NCBI RefSeq assembly: GCF_009914755.1 | Contig: NC_060935.1 | Length of the DNA stretch: 64,000 nt | Origin: the human T2T-CHM13v2.0 reference genome, Homo sapiens | Strand: one strand, 5' to 3' | Shown here: positions 14,129 through 27,549 of the stretch, piece after piece | Layout: each line of letters begins with the position of its first letter | Position numbering within the stretch: the first letter of the stretch is position 1 | Translations under genes and position numbers: made by a program | Notes under the pieces: generated by a model | What the model saw: the letters and a program-made list of their open reading frames with translations, nothing else | Databases searched by the model: none | Told to the model about the DNA's origin: nothing

Positions 14129-17100
14129 CTCCAGGCCTGGCGCGTCTGGGCCCCTGCTGGCAGCTCACCAGTCTGCACACCCACCTGGCAGAAGCCCAGA
14201 GAGAGGGTGGATGAGGACAGCAGGGACCCCTCCCCTTCCTGGACCCCCGTGCCTAGGCCCCCAAGGCCTGTGGCTCTCAGCCATCACCTTAGAGGAAAGG
14301 CAATCACCCCACACCCTCAGCAGCAGGGGCATTGTGGGACTGTCCTGGTGAGATTCTGGAGGTCACCCCTGGGGCACGGCCCCCTCCTGCCTGTGGACTC
14401 CGCGTCAGCCCCACCGCAGCTCACTGGAAAAGAAGCCCTCTCCTTTCCCTTTTCTTGTGAGAGTTCTGGAGCCAGGCTGCTTTTGCAGACATACATTTAC
14501 TTCCCCACACACATTTTTGGGGCACTTCCTTTGTGCCCTGCCTGGTGTGGGGACAGGGGTTTCCCAGCAATCGGTCCCAGAAGGAGGAGCAGGGGAAGAG
14601 GGATCATTCCTGGCAGGGGGAACCTGCTGGAGGAGGAGGGCTTTGGCTGAGCCGCGGTTTGTAACATGCTAAGGCATCTGGCCTTTCCCCTACATGTGCC
14701 TGGGAGGCAGGACAGCCCGGTCATCAGCATCACTGTCACCACCACTTACCCTGCCAGCCCGCCTACACCCATCATCTGGTTTGGTCCTCATGACCAGCTA
14801 TGGGCCAGGTATCCTCATGCCCCTTTGATGGGCGCTCCTGGGCTTAGAGGGTGAGGTCACCTGCCCAAAGGCACACCCATAGCCACACCATGCCCTGCAG
14901 CCTTGCAGATTTGTGTTTCGAGCAGCTGCCGTAGGGAGGGACTGCTGGCATAGAGAGGGGAAGCTGCACCCACCCTAGGGCTGCCAATGGGAGGCCTGGG
15001 GTAGGGGGTGACCCTGCTGGAGGCTGGTCCACCTTGGCCGGCCAGACCTCATGGGTCTGCCTGCCTTGGGTCCTCTGGAATTGATCCCGGTCCCCCAACC
15101 TGAGCTTCACCCCTTGGAGGAAGCTTCTCCCCGTGAAGCCCTGTGCCCCTTCCCCGCAGAGAAGCATCTATTATTATTCCCTGCTGTACTGGGGGGGTAA
15201 ACTGAGGCTGTGAGCGGAGAAGGGCCTTGCTGGGCACAGCCCAGGTCGCAGGCTGCCGGGCCCCTCCTCTCCCAAGGGGAGAGCTGGGCATCCTGCTCAG
15301 CTCAACTCCCCGGAAATTCTTTCCTCTGCGCCGCGCGGGTCCGCCCGGCCTCAGCCAGCCACGTGCCCCCGCCCGCCGCGCACTCCTCCCGCCCGGGGGC
15401 GGGCCGTACTCCTGGCCTCCGCGCCCACCATTGGCTAGAAGAGGTGGCCGTCTGCGCGTGTGGCCCGCCCCCTCTTTAACCCTGGGCCTCCCGGAGCTGG
15501 TGGCGCAAGTGTGGCCCCAGGGGCCGCTCCCAGGACCCTTCCCACCCAGTGGCCTGGCTCCCCTCGGCCCCGCGCTGCCAGACCGCGCCGCTCTGCGCCT
15601 TCAAAGGGCGTTTGTGAGCACCTGTGCCTGGCCTACGGCTGACTCAGCCTGGGGTCTTCGGGGTGTCCCAGGGTGGGGGCACCTTGTGTGCCGGAGTGAG
15701 CCAGTGCATTGTGATGTGTGTGCAGTGGGCTTGCAGATGGCTGGTGCTGCGACCTGTATCTTAAGTCTCCCTCCTTGGACTCCAGTTGGGCCATTGTCCC
15801 GTTGCCACAGACAGGCCGTAACTTCTCCACGCTCTGGGGCCTGTCTGAGCTTTCCTGCCCTGCAACCCCAGACCTATCACCTGCCCTCATCCTTCCGGGC
15901 GCCTGGTAAGAGCCCCCCAAGCTCTCTCCATTGCCCCTACTCTTTTTGGTGGCCCTTCTGGACACCCACCACCCCTAGGTCTGGGCCCCCAGCCTTGTTT
16001 CCAGAGATGTCCTGACTCACAGGAGCCTCATCCATTCACCCTGGCCAGGCTAGACCCCAGCCACACCAACTAGTGCCCCAAAGGCAGTGGGCTGGGCTCC
16101 CCCCTACGCTGCAGGTGGGCATGCAGTGGGGGCCCCCAGCTCCCCTCTCTACCATCTGCGTCCCTCCATTATGTGGGTGTCCCTGTGCATTTGTCCTTGT
16201 CCTGCCAGGGACAACCTGAAAAGCGATTTCACGCATGCACAGAAAGATCTAGAAGCCAGCAGACCCCAGATGGGCCATATTAAAGGACATGTGTGTGACA
16301 CGTGGATGGGGCGTGCGTGTCAGTACATGTGTATGTGTGTTCCTCTGGGTGGGATCTGGGCTGCTATGACAGAACTAGTTTCCACTGAAGCCGACCCAAA
16401 AAGCTGCCAGCACAGCTCACACCTGACCCTCCCCTCGGAGCAAGCCCAAGGGTGGCCTGGCCACCTGTCAGCCTCCTGCAGCCTTGCCCGCAGGAAGCTC
16501 CTCCTCTCCCTTCACTCCATCCCACCATGACCCAGCCCCGACGCCGCTGGGGCTGTCCCAGCCCCTCTCCTTAGCCGCTTGTGCCGCCATCAGAGGGGCC
16601 TGTCTCGCTCCCCCAGACACAGAGCCTCTGTTTTCCTCACTCCGGGTCTGGAGTCCCCTGCTTAACAGCTTGGATTGAAGAGGCTTGTCTGGGGGGACTG
16701 AGACCTTGCAGATCATTCCAGGAGCCGCCTCCATCCAAGGCCAACAGCTTCATCAGGCCGCAGGCCTGGGAGAAGGTGGGACTGCAGTTGCCCAACATCC
16801 TGTGGCTGCCCACACGGACACCCCATGTGCACCCCAGGGCTGAGAGCAGGGGGAGCCATCTCCCTGTGTGTGGGACACTGCCTGCTGGGTGTTCCGTTCC
16901 AGCCCCTCTAGAATGCATGCTTGAATGGCCAGTGAGGCTGGGGGAGGGACCGAGAGGGAGCCCTCACCCCCAGCAGCACAGAGCAGGAGCTGGACGGTGG
17001 GGCTGGGGGTGAGGCCAGCTGAGAGGGGTCAGGTCCTGCCACGGGAGGGGGACTTTTAAAGTTCCTCCATGGCCCTGGAACCCTGGAGCCTCAGGAGTGG

Positions 17101-17309
17101 CAGGGGAGCTTCTCCGGTGAGTGACAGCCTCTCTGGGGTCTCAGGGCTCCCTGCCTGGGGCCTTAGGATTTCTGGGAGCTGCCTGCCCCGACAGCGTCCA
17201 CCTCTCTGCCCCTACAGTGCCCGCGTCATTTTCCTTCCCTGCCTGGCCCTCACCCTGCAGCCCCGGTTGTTGGAACACCCTCCCCTGGACCCTGGGCCCC
17301 TGGAGCTAC

Positions 17310-17500
17310 CTGCAGCTGTCCTGATCCGCCGAGGCCTCCTTTTGTGGAGGGCTCTTCCTGTGACTCCCGCCTCCGGCCGGCGGACCCGCCGGGGCAGCAG
17401 GCCAGCGCCGAGCGCGGCCCGGAGCCTTGGAAAATAGGAGCTCAGAGTAGAGCCCTCTCCTGCTGGAAGAGATGGCTTTGGAAGCAGAACCCGCCCCAAA
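17310..17500 (-). other. MRGPRF: Probable MRGPRF non-coding exon 1 (5' UTR); TSS position uncertain
   Basis: CpG-rich stretch ending at a donor CAG|gtagct (17310/17309). GC box, G-tracts and a CRE lie upstream. The 5' boundary is a guess. Confidence 0.55.
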
Positions 17501-17700
17501 CCCAATTCCTGGCCCGGCAGGAGGGGGAGGGGGAGGGGAGTAGGAGGAGGGGCTGAGCAGGGCTGAGCGGGGATGAGGCTTCAGGAAGGAATGCCCCGCT
17601 CAGGAGCCCCCCCCAGAGCCCCACCGGGAACTCATCTCTCCGCCTGGTGACGTCACGTTGGCCCGAGCACTGCAGCCCGAGTCCAGCTGTTCATCTCCCT
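17480..17700 (-). promoter_or_regulatory. MRGPRF proximal promoter with a full palindromic CRE
   Basis: TGACGTCA at 17648-17655, GC box ccgccc near 17491, G-tracts at 17523-17552, adjacent to the putative exon 1. Confidence 0.55.
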
Positions 17701-18911
17701 CACATTCTGCTGCTCGGCAGGGCTGCCCAGGAGAGGGAGCACCGGCTGTACACTTGCCTGGCGTCTTTGGTCTGCCCCCAGTGGGCATTTCGGGGCAGGC
17801 TGGCCCAGGAGGGGCTAGTCCCCACCCCGTTGTTTTAATTTACTCAGGGGCTGATACAGAGCAGTGGGGGGCAGCAGGGCGAGGGCTCCATGGAGGGGCA
17901 GTGCAGAACTGGCAGAGGTGGTCAGCACCGCCCAAGCGGCACCCCTCCCCCTTCCCACCCCGGACTCGGCCTGGGCCCCCTGGGGGCTTATGGAACCAGG
18001 AATTCCCTTTTCCCCAGCCCTAATAGCAATCAGATGGCGCAAGTGGAAAATCACGGCGCTCGGCAAGCAAGCTGGAAATTGGCGGGCTGTGGTGCCTGGT
18101 GCCTGCGCTGCTCAGCGGGAGGATGAGTCAGGTCCCCCTTCCCCATTGAGCCCCTGGAGGCGGGCGGTGGGGGGGGGTCCTGGAACGCGTTCATGCCTGG
18201 GGCACTGAGCATTGGTAGGGGTGGGGGTGCAGAGTCGGGGGTGCGGGAGCCAGCAGGGTGGCCAGGAGGAGGGGGTGATGAGAAGGCTCCCCTCCTACCC
18301 TGGGCCAACTTTCTCAGGGTCCAGGAAGCCCGAGGGAATTCTGAACTTTCCCTGCAGGAGTGTAGTGCCCAGACTGGGAGAGATGTGCCTCTGTGGGCAT
18401 CTTGAAGGGAAATGAGAAGCGGAGCTGCCCCTGCACCTGCGCTGGGAGCTGCCTGCCTCCTGCTTGTCCTGGCCATGTGCGAACCTCAGCGTGGAAGAGG
18501 GACTCTCGCACTGCTCCCTGCGCGGCTCAGCTGGCCTCCTGGGGTCCGTTTTTCAGGGATGGGGTGAGGAGGGACTCTGGGATCCTGGAGGCTCACGGGC
18601 CATGCCTGAGGCTGAGAGAGAGGCTGGAGGCAGCAGGCAGGGTGGTGACCCGTCCCCTCCTCTCCAGGGCAGCCAGCTGGGGCCCAGCTGGAACGCTTGT
18701 TTACATGGGGAGGCCGGGGGAGGCTGAATCCCGGCGAGTTCCAAGTGTAATTGCGTTTGGACACTTAAAAGGAATTGTGTGAAGTGGGCAGAGGCTCTGA
18801 AGTCCACCGCCTTATTTGGTATGGAAATCTGTTTCTCTCAAAATAAGCGAGAGGCGCTTGTAAACGGGAAGGTCGTCCTGGCCTGAGTTTGTGGAGTCCC
18901 CTTCCCGTGGG

Positions 18912-19269
18912 CTTGGTGTGTCCGGCTGCTCTGTTGCAGTACCGCAGACCAGGGGCTTATCGGAGCAGGCGTTTGTTTCCCGTGGCTCCGGGGGCTGGAA
19001 GGCCAAGATCAAGGCCTCCACAGATTCAGCGTCTGGTGAGGACCCAGCCTCTCACTGAGTCCCCATGTGGTGACCCCTTTCAGGCAGGCGAAGGAGCTCA
19101 ATGGGGCCTCTTTTACTCGGGCATTAATGCCATTATGAGGCCCCACCCTCATAACCTGCTCATCTCCCAAACACCCCACCTCACACAGGAGATTAGATGT
19201 CAACACATGAATTCAGGGCAGTGGGGCAGCAGGGCAGGGGGTGGGGCCACAAACATGCAGTCTGTAGCA
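18912..19269 (-). mobile_element. MLT1A/MST-like MaLR LTR
   Basis: ggctggaaggccaagatcaagg..tctggtgaggacc..tcaacacatgaatt..cacaaacatgcagtctgtagca. Confidence 0.7.
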
Positions 19270-20112
19270 GCCACCCTGGGGGTCTCTCCCCACCCCCTGG
19301 GGGAGTGGTGGGCTGTGTGTGTGGGGTGGTGCCCAGAGGCCCAGTGCAAGGAGTTCCTGTGCTGCCTCCAGGCTTGGGTGACCGTGGACAGTTTCCTTCC
19401 CACTGGGGACCTTGGTTTCCTCAGCTGTCAGATGGGAAAAGATAATGACCCACAGGGTTATAGCAAGGAGGGATTGGATGCCGGGAGGAGCCGGGAGAAA
19501 GAGCTCTTCATGCACCTCAGCAACGCCGCTCCCTGCTCCAGGTGTCCCGCTGGTGCCAGGCCCTCCCTGCAAGGCTCAGGGCTCTGGCTGATGCTGAGAA
19601 TGGGGCATGGTCCCTGCTCGTCCAGCCTTCACTTTCTAAACAGCCACCACTTGCCGTCAGGAGTCCTCCCCTGCCCCTCCCAGTAGAACTTTGTTTTTAA
19701 TCATCCCTTGCCAAGGGCCTCATGGTCCTACGCCTCTCCCCATGTCCCCTCCTGAGGGTGCAGGCCTGGACCCTCCTCTGTTGGGGGGATCCTTGGGGGA
19801 AGGAGGTCGGTTCTGGACAGAGATGTCTCCCTGCCAGGTGCTTCTGTGGCCTATGGTTGCCCTGCTGCTCCCTGGACGAGGGGGTGGGTGTGGACCAGCC
19901 CTCGTGGCCCCTCTGCAGCCAGCACCATCCTCAGTAAAGACTACAGGTATTTCCTGAGCACCTGCAGGGTGCCAGGCACTGTGCTCTGTGCTGATGAATA
20001 GGACAGGCAAGGTCCCTGCTCTCCGGGAGCTGATGTCCAACAGAGAGGCAGACCAGGTCAAAGGAAACACAGTAAAATGCACCTGCGATGAAGAAGGTGT
20101 GCAGGGCCATTC

Positions 20113-20420
<308 letters not shown>

Positions 20421-20584
20421 CTAGCTGTCTTTCCTAATAGTGAAAGGGACCCCTCTCCTTCTGCTCTGTTCCCCTCCTCCACTAGGCTGGGCCTTTCTGT
20501 GCTGGAAGGTGCATCTTGGGAATCTCAGCAAAAGTCCACATTATCCTCTGTCCTGCATGTGGTAGACCATTCATTTGTTAATTT

Positions 20585-21243
20585 GTCCATCTTTCCATCT
20601 ATCCACTTACTCATCTACCCACTCAACTACCCATCTACTTGCTCATCCATCCATCCATCCATCCATCCTCCCATCCATCCATCCACCCACCAGACCATCC
20701 ATCCATCCATCCATTCACCCACCAAACCATCTATCCATCCATCCATCCAAGTACAAGACCATCCATCCATCCATCCATCCATCCACCCACCAAACCATCC
20801 ATCCATCCATCCATCCATCCACCCACCCACCAGACCGTCCATCCATCCATCTATCCATCCATCCATCCATCCATCCATCCATCCATCCATCCATCCACCA
20901 AACCATCCATCCACCCACCAGACCATCTATCCATCCATCTATCCATCCATCCATCCATCCATCCATCCATCCATCCATCCATCCACCAAACCATCCATCC
21001 ACCCACCCACCAGACCATCCATCCATCCATCTATCCATCCATCCATCCATCCATCCATCCATCCATCCATCCATCCATCCACCAAACCATCCATCCATCC
21101 ATCCATCCATCCATCCATCCATCCATCCATCCACCCACCCATCCATCCATCAATCCGTCTATCCATCCATTCATCTATCAATCCATCCATTCATCCATCT
21201 AGCCATCCACCCACCCACTCACCCATCCACCCATCCATTCATT
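20585..21243. repeat. (CCAT/ATGG)n compound tetranucleotide array, about 660 bp
   Basis: Directly visible; it generates the spurious PSIH/MDGW ORFs. Confidence 0.97.
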
Positions 21244-21244
21244 C

Positions 21245-22170
21245 TTACCTTAATTCAACACATTTGTACTGAACACCAGCAATGTTGGTGCTAGGAAAAG
21301 AATTGTGGAAGAACCAGACATGGGGCATGGGGAGCAGGTGATAAATAGAAAAAACTGAACATAAGAACTCCAACCTGTGATTAGTGCATTGAGAAAACCA
21401 AACAGGCATAGTGACAGAAACTTAGGTGGTAGGCAGGGAGGGATGGGAGGTGAGCTGAATAATGGCCCCTAAAGATGTTGATGTCCTAATCCCCAGATCC
21501 TGAGAACATGTGACTTTACACCTGGCCAAAGGGACTTTGCAGTTGGGATGGAGTGAAGGGTCTTGAGATGGGAGCATCATTGTGGATTATCCAGGTGGGC
21601 CCTATGTCATTGCAAGGGTCCTTGTAAGAAGGAGACAGGAGATCAGAATGAGTAGTGGGCCATGTGTTGATGTGAGGAAGGGGCCACCAGCCAAAGAATG
21701 CAGGCTGCCTCTAGAAACTGGAGAGGACAAGGAAACAAGCTGTCCCCTAGAGCCTCCAGAAGGAACCAGCCCTGCCAACACCTTGACTTTAGGCCTCTGA
21801 TTTCTGGAACTCTTACTAGAATACGTTTGTGTTGTTTAAGCCACTAAGTTTGTGTCATTTGTTACAGAAGCCACAAGAAACTAATCCATGGGGATGGCCA
21901 GGCCTGATTAGCTGGGGTGGGGCTGGAGGCTCCTCTACAGAGATGATGCTTACACTGAGACCTGAAGGAGAAGGAGGAGGTGGCTGCTCACGCAACCCAC
22001 AGGAAAGTGTTCCAGGATCAAGAACAGCAGGTGCAAAGGCCCCGTGATGGAAAGGATTGGTGCACTAGGAGAACAAAGTGGGTGGCTGCAGGGCAGGAGG
22101 GGAGGGTGCATGTGCAGGCTGGGCAGGAGGGTAGGGCCTTGAGGCACCCTACAGGCCCCTGTAAGTCCAG
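21245..22170 (-). mobile_element. L2 LINE relic (3' end at about 21245), interrupted by the MLT1D-like LTR
   Basis: ttcaacacatttgtactgaacacc..tgctagg (L2 3' end); gttccagg..gaacagcaggtgcaaaggccc (L2 body). Confidence 0.6.
21444..21888 (+). mobile_element. MLT1D-like LTR nested in an L2
   Basis: gaataatggcccctaaagatg..cctaatcccc..ggattatccaggtgggccc..gtttaagccactaagtttgtg..gaaactaatcca. Confidence 0.8.
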
Positions 22171-22754
22171 GCACAGAGCTGCTGCCTTGAGCCCTGAGGT
22201 CTGGACATTCCAGTTTCCCATCTTTCCAATGTGGGACTCTCTGCCTTTTCCAATTCCCCACTTCCCTGATGCCAGATACTGCCTGACTGTGTCCATCTCT
22301 CCCCCGTCCCCTGGGCCACCTCCCTGCTGAGACCCCTCACTGGTGCCTCCCAGGTGCATTCTCCTCGCTGCCCCCAGCAGAGTCCTTCCCACACACCCAG
22401 CTCCTCGGTGTGGTGCCTGCCCGTGGGTGGGTGGTGCACCCCACTGGCATCCCTCCTCTGCCCTGTCCACCTCAACTTCCAGGGCAGCCTGGACACCAGG
22501 TTTGGTCTACCTCGTCCACACCCGCCTGCTTCTGTCCCGCCTTAAGCGGATCCGTGATGTCCCGTCATTAGACCTTCAATTTCAGCACAGGACTGAATAA
22601 CTAACCTTCAAAAAGTTTGCAGTAGCCTTGTCACTCCTAAAAATAACAAATAATTCCTTAAACATCATTCAACATCCAATCAGTGTTTGCACACTTTTTT
22701 TACAGCTCTGCATGTGTGTCACAAGCTAAACAAGGCCCGTGAGTGGATGTGCTT

Positions 22755-23045
22755 CTTTTTGGGGTTGGGGAGAGACGGTGTCTCACTCTGTTGCCCAGGC
22801 TGGATTGCAGTGGCAAGATCTTGGCTCATTGTGTCTCCCGGGTTCAAGCGATTCTTCTGCCTCAGACTCTTGAGTAGCTGGGACTACAGGCAGTGCCACC
22901 ACGCCTGGCTAATATTTGTATTTTTAGTGGAGACGGGGTTTCACCATGTTGGTGAGGCTGGTCTCAAACTCTTGACCTCATGTGATCCCCCGACCTCGGC
23001 CTCTCAAAGTGCTGGGATTACAGGTGTGAGACACCGTGCCCTGCC
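22755..23045 (-). mobile_element. AluS
   Basis: Dimeric Alu consensus match. Confidence 0.9.
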
Positions 23046-24391
23046 TGATGTGCTCCTTTTAATGACAGGTTCCCCGCAGCATCTCCCTGTCCCTCTTCCT
23101 CAGTCTCTCTCCTTCCTGCCCTCCTCCTCCCCCGGCCCTGACTTGGGTCAAGAAACAGACACATCACACTATCAGGGAAATAGGGGTTCACACGTGGCGT
23201 GGGCAGGTCTGAGGCGTGCGAGTCTGGAAAGCTGTAGTCAGAGAATCAGAGGAACGCTCACTGGGACTTTGGCCAGCCCCTGTGTGGGTACTGGAGCTGG
23301 AAGAGCTTGGGAAGCTGCCCCGTGTGGCCGCCACAAGCCTGAAGGAAGAGCTCGTGGGGAGGTCTGTGAAGCCACTGCATCTGGGCGCCATGGCCTCCTG
23401 GGAATCACGGGTCCCAACTGACTCACCTTCCAAACCTCACCACGAGCCCTTCTCATTGAGAAACTCTGACCCAGCATCTGTCATGGAAGGGACTCGGGGA
23501 ACAGTTTCCAGCCATAGGAGGAGGTCATGGGACTGAGAGGCCGTCCAGGTCCAGCACACTCCAACTGTCAATTTGCCATGCGGATACTCTTTTAACGAGA
23601 CTTAACCTTTTAGTGGGGAGGTGCAAGGAGTTTATTTTAGGGGGTGACCCCAAGAAACATTACAGGGAAGGAAAAGAGTTCTGAGAATTCTCTCCCACTT
23701 TGCTTTGAGGGGTCCTGTCTTCAGCTTACCACTGCCCTTGCCTTCTCTGTGGATTATTATGGCAACAGACACTTGCAAACCCTAGGTAGGTCCTCAGCGA
23801 GGGTGGCTTGAGCAGCCAGAGACAGGCTGAGAGCAGCTGCCAGGATGGCTGTCGGACCCTCAGGGGCCTGGCGGGAAGCTCACTCCTGCTTTGGGGCAGC
23901 AAGAGAGAGGGAAACAGGAGTTGAAGTTGCACTGAACACTGAGGTCACGTGCGGGCTTTCCTTCTGGGCCTGCCACTGGTACGCAAACAAAACTCAAATA
24001 TGTCTTCAAACCCAATCAAACTTCGTCACAGTTTCCCCTGAGACTGGTGCAAAACTAGTACAAAACTCTTGCTTTCTCAAGTCTGAGAGATCTGGGGTCT
24101 TCTGTTTGGGAGAGACCATGTTTCCTATAAACTTTTTATCAGAAGCAGCTATTTCCAGACAAAACTTCTGAATGTTCAGCCTCGAACGCATCTCTTGAAT
24201 CTGGAATTTCCCCAAGGCTTGATTCCATGGGATGGCTGAACAGATAACACTGACTGGGGGATGGGTGTAGGTGTGTTGGTGTGTATATTTCAAGTCACTT
24301 TTGCTTCTTTAAAAATATTTAATTCCAGGAACATTTTTTAAAATTGTGATAAATTGTGCATAGTATGAAATTTATCTTTAGCAATTTATAT

Positions 24392-24672
<281 letters not shown>

Positions 24673-26840
24673 CCCATTTGTCCCTTGATCCATATCTGGG
24701 TCATGTCCATCTCTGTCCTTCCTAAGCCACACCTGCCTTGCACATTCTGTAACTTCAATGCTAGGTATAGGGCTGACAGCTATGAACACACATCAGATAG
24801 ACTAGGAATGGGAGGGAGGGAAAGGAAAAAGAACTCAGTAATATATACCATGTACGCATACCGAAGCAGGGGTGAGAGCACAAGCAACCACCGCAAACCT
24901 TGTTCCCGTGATAAGGAACAGATAAGGCCTCTTTTCCCCAGCACGTTCCACGCTGCCTTTGCCCACCCGCCATTTCAGCTTGTCACTGTTCTTGGCCTGG
25001 TGGGGCGATCCAGGCCTTCATTTTTTTTTTTTTTTTTTTTGAGATGGAGTCTCACTCTGTCATACAGGCTGGAGTGCAGCGGCATGACCTTGGGTCACTG
25101 CAAGCTCCGCCTCCCAGGTTCAAGCGATTCTCCTGCCTTAGACTCCCGAGTAGCTGGAACTACAGGCATGTGCCACCACACCTGGCTGATTTTTTGTATT
25201 TTTAGTAGAGTAGGGTTTCACCGTGTTAGCCAGGATGCAGGCCTTCATTCTCGAAGGATCTGTGCCCTGGGTGGGGCTACCTCTTTTGCATTGCTGTAGT
25301 TTCCTGTGACTTTTTACCATGGGACACCAGAGTGCTATGGGATATGTCAGAGAATCTCCTGGATTCTAGGCATGGGTCTCCCATTTCCATCATAGCAACC
25401 CATGAGGGCCAGCCACCTCAGCCGGTGCCGTGACCCCCTCTGTGCTGGTGGGCTCAGGGGTTGATGGTTCAGAGCCTACACTTCATCCTGTGGTCCCACA
25501 ACATGTCATCGTCTGCCATGAAAAGGTCATTCCTGTGTCCAAAAACTGCTCCTTGCTTAGGATGATGGGGAACTTGGCAAGACAGAGAATTCAGTGGGTA
25601 CAAGCCAACGGGTCCATTGCATTTGTGAAAACTAAGCTTCTTGATCAGAAGCAATGCGTGGGGAATACACTAATGATCTGTAAGGTCCCATACGCCCATG
25701 GATGGTGGTTCTGGCAGAAGCACTGTAGGCAAGGAAGACAAATCCATATTCAAAACAAGTGATTGGACGGGTGCGGTGGCTCACGCCTGTAATCCCAGCA
25801 CTTCGGAAGGCCAAGGCAGGCAGATCACAATGTCAGGAGTTTGAGACCAGCCTGACCAACATGATGAAACCCCGTCTCTACTAAAAATACAAAAAAGATT
25901 AGCCGGGCATGGTGGTGCGCTCCTGTAATCCCAGCTACCAGCCTGAGCGACAGAGCAAGACTTTGTCTCAAAAACAAAACAAAACAAAACAAAAAACCAA
26001 GTGATTATTCCAGGAAAAACAAATCTCTGCCCTTTCCAAGTGGAATCAGTCCAAGGAAATCAACCTGCCACGCACGAGGTGGCTGGCTGTCCCCTGGGAA
26101 ATGATGTCCCATCATGGGCCTGTAGGATCTCAACAGTGATTGTAGATGGTCAGCCTTGGCCAGGGGAAGCTCACATGGCTGAGCTCATGGGAAACCAGGT
26201 GGCCAGAGAAACAGGCTGAGTGTCATCCTCGGAATAGGTCATCCGGTCCACCTGTTTAGTGAGAGCCGTCTCTGGGAGGCTGACCGTTGGCCAGTATTTA
26301 CATGGGACACAAAGAGCTATCTGCCCCCCTTATGCCCATTAAAAGGGATTCGCCTTCATGCCTCTTCCCGAGACCTTGGATTAATTGTCCAATAGTGTTC
26401 CTTCCAAGCTCCGGAGCAGTCGTTAGATCCTGCCCATGAATCAGTGTAGACTCACATCTCTGACCATCTCTCCTTCTGTGTAATGTGAACAACCAGGTGC
26501 ACTGTTTGCAAGTCTGTCCCCGGACACTTCAGGGCCACCCTTACTGGGGCAGTAGAGCTCCAGCTGCCCACTTTCAGGCGATGCCAGCGAGCCATACATA
26601 AAACAGACCTGGAGTTTTTTCTTTCTTGGTCAGCTGGTCATAAGGGACTCCCATGAGATCATTCATGTGGAGGCGGGGAGGAGCTCTGCAGTGAAGGGGG
26701 TGCACGGGAGTCTGGGCCATCTGCTTGTGCAACGGACTTCAGGAGCTGCTCAAGTCTGAGCTCACGTGGCCCACTTCTACCTGATCACGGTGCTACAGCA
26801 CACATTACCTGTATCATGTGTTGGATTGGTTACCGTCTAG

Positions 26841-27549
<709 letters not shown>

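Noticed and set aside
15227-19686. 262-aa and 265-aa plus-strand ORFs as a coding antisense gene
   Set aside because: Non-ATG starts, GC-rich composition, overlap with a MaLR LTR, and no recognisable homology.
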